This document shows positions 62,099 through 64,000 of a stretch of DNA of 64,000 nucleotides, piece by piece (within the stretch, counting starts at the first letter, position 1; every line of letters starts with the position of its first letter). A model generated the notes under the pieces. It worked only from the letters and a program-made list of their open reading frames with translations. It was not told where the DNA came from and ran no database searches. The translations under genes were made by a program, and so were the position numbers. Source of the stretch: the human T2T-CHM13v2.0 reference genome, Homo sapiens; assembly GCF_009914755.1 (NCBI RefSeq), contig NC_060935.1; one strand, written 5' to 3'.

Positions 62099-63108
62099 CT
62101 AGTTTCCAGCTACAGCTAAGGATTCAGGACCCTAGAGAGAACTCTTGCCCACTTTCCTGTAGGGCCTTTCATGGTAAATCCCATCATACCTGACATCCCT
62201 GTTTACTTTAGGAAGCTCCAGAAGTCCAAGCCTTTTAGACCACCTATTAGATCACTGGTCCAATGGATCACTTGTCTCCAAACTCCTGATTATATCTTCT
62301 AAGCTGACCCATTTCCCAGATCCCCCAAATGCTTTCACATCTCCTCTGGAGCTTCCAATCTATAACCAGTTAGCTCCGCAATATACTCATGTCTGTCCTC
62401 TGAGGACACAGTCTCCTCCGTAGTCCTCTCATGTAGTTCAGGGGTGAGCCCCCCGACACCATGTTACATATTTAACAAGTGCCTGGGTGATTATGCTGCT
62501 GTCAGGAATCACACCCTGAGAACCACCGCCCTTGATTCTGATCCTAATGCCTGCTTTACACATATCCTCAACTCTCTGGCTGGGAGGATCCCTTTCTATT
62601 GTATTTACCTCACAAAGCCACAACCTGATTGAGTCCATTTATCCACGTTCTCTGCTCCCACATCTGAGTAGTTGAATGTTCTTGGAGAAAATCAAACTGA
62701 GGTGACTGGATTTACTATAAATTCACAGCCTCAAACCACAGTGGACACTAAACATGCATTGGCAAACCTACACTTCACTTTGAAGTATTTCTCACTCTCC
62801 AAATAATTCTTTTATTATTTCCCCTCTTTTTTTCAAACTTTCCACACCAGTCTCACTTTGCTTTGTGGTTAGATGACCTCATCCTTTACTCCTATAGAGA
62901 AAATAGGCGCCATTGCAAAGGAACCTCTTCCTCTTCCCGCCACCAAATCCACAGGCTGACCAGCTCCTTCACCCAGATTCTCACAGGCTAAAATGCCGGA
63001 AGGGGGATTCTTTTGAAGGCACCCCCACCTCTGGTGCTCTGAGCCCCACCCTTATTGCCTTCTCAAGGACTCTGCCCTGCAATTATCTCCCCTTTCCTCT
63101 GCATCATC

Positions 63109-63340
63109 GCCATGTTGCCCAGGCTGGTCTCGAACTCCTGGGATCAAGTGATCAGCCTGCCTCAGCCTCCCAAAGTGCTAGGTTTTCAGGTGTGAACCAC
63201 CATCCCTGGCCCACATTTTTTTTTTTTTTGAGGATCTCACTCTGTTGCCCAGGCTGGTGGGCAGTGGCTCAACCATGGTTCACTGCAGCCTCGACCTCCT
63301 GGACTCAAGGAATTCTCCTGCCTCAGCCTCCTGAACAGCC
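63109..63340 (-). mobile_element. Rearranged (permuted) Alu fragments
   Basis: Arm segments in non-canonical order; see findings. Confidence 0.8.
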
Positions 63341-63772
63341 ATGTCTACTGCATCATCCTTACAAACCAACAGATTCTAGTGTCTCCTATCACTAAGAAAA
63401 CACAAAACAAAGAAATCTCCCTTGAAACTGCTCCAAAGGGAAATTTGAAATAGCTTTTAATTTGCCTTTCCCACTTCTTCACTTTCAATTCTTTCTTTAA
63501 CTTAGTCTGGCCTCAACACCCATCACTCCGTGAATCTGTCTTTGTCAAATTTACCAGTGGCTATATACAAATGGCCGATAAGCACATGAAAAGATGTTCA
63601 ACATCAGCAGTCATTAGGGAAATGCCAATCAAAGCCACAATGACATATTTTTTTCATATCTATGAGGATGGTTCAAATAAAAAAGGCAGACAATAACAAG
63701 CAATGGTGAGGATATACAGAAATTGGAACTCTTATACATGGCTGTTGGGGGTATAAAAAGGGTGCAGTGACA

Positions 63773-64000
63773 TTGTTTTTTGTTTGTTTGTTTTGAGACG
63801 GAGTCTTGCTCTGTCACCCAGGCTGGAGTGCAGTGGCACTATCTCGGCTCACTGCAATCTCTGCCTCTGGGTTCAAGTGATTCTCTTGCCTCAGACTCCG
63901 AAGTAGCTGGGATTACAGGCGCACACCATCATGCCTGGCTAATTTTTGTATTTTTCGTAGAGATGAGGTTTCACCATGTTGGCCAGGCTTATCTTGAACT
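63773..64000 (-). mobile_element. AluS, runs off the window
   Basis: Antisense Alu. Confidence 0.9.

Overview
Human genomic DNA, recognised as the HTR3B-HTR3A locus on 11q23. The window starts with the last coding exon and 3' UTR of HTR3B (5-HT3B, + strand). A repeat-rich intergenic region of about 26 kb follows, then the complete HTR3A gene (5-HT3A). Its nine coding exons have canonical GT-AG boundaries and sum to 1437 nt (478 aa plus stop). The last ~19 kb is non-coding. About 40 Alus, solo LTRs (a full-length HERV-W LTR17, MER4-family, MST, MLT1), L1/L2/MIR remnants and microsatellites account for most non-HTR3 ORFs in the ORF track. I found no convincing new protein-coding system. The best leads are regulatory or structural: a near-consensus REST/RE1 site 1 kb 3' of HTR3A; an antisense L1 tail inserted at the HTR3A poly(A) site; four in-frame AUGs in the 5' leader; a dead rodent-type splice acceptor; three abutting hairpins; several short local duplications, one inside an Alu; a permuted Alu; and three L1 tails all truncated at the same G-rich tract. 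Repeat subfamily names and boundaries are assigned by eye and are approximate.
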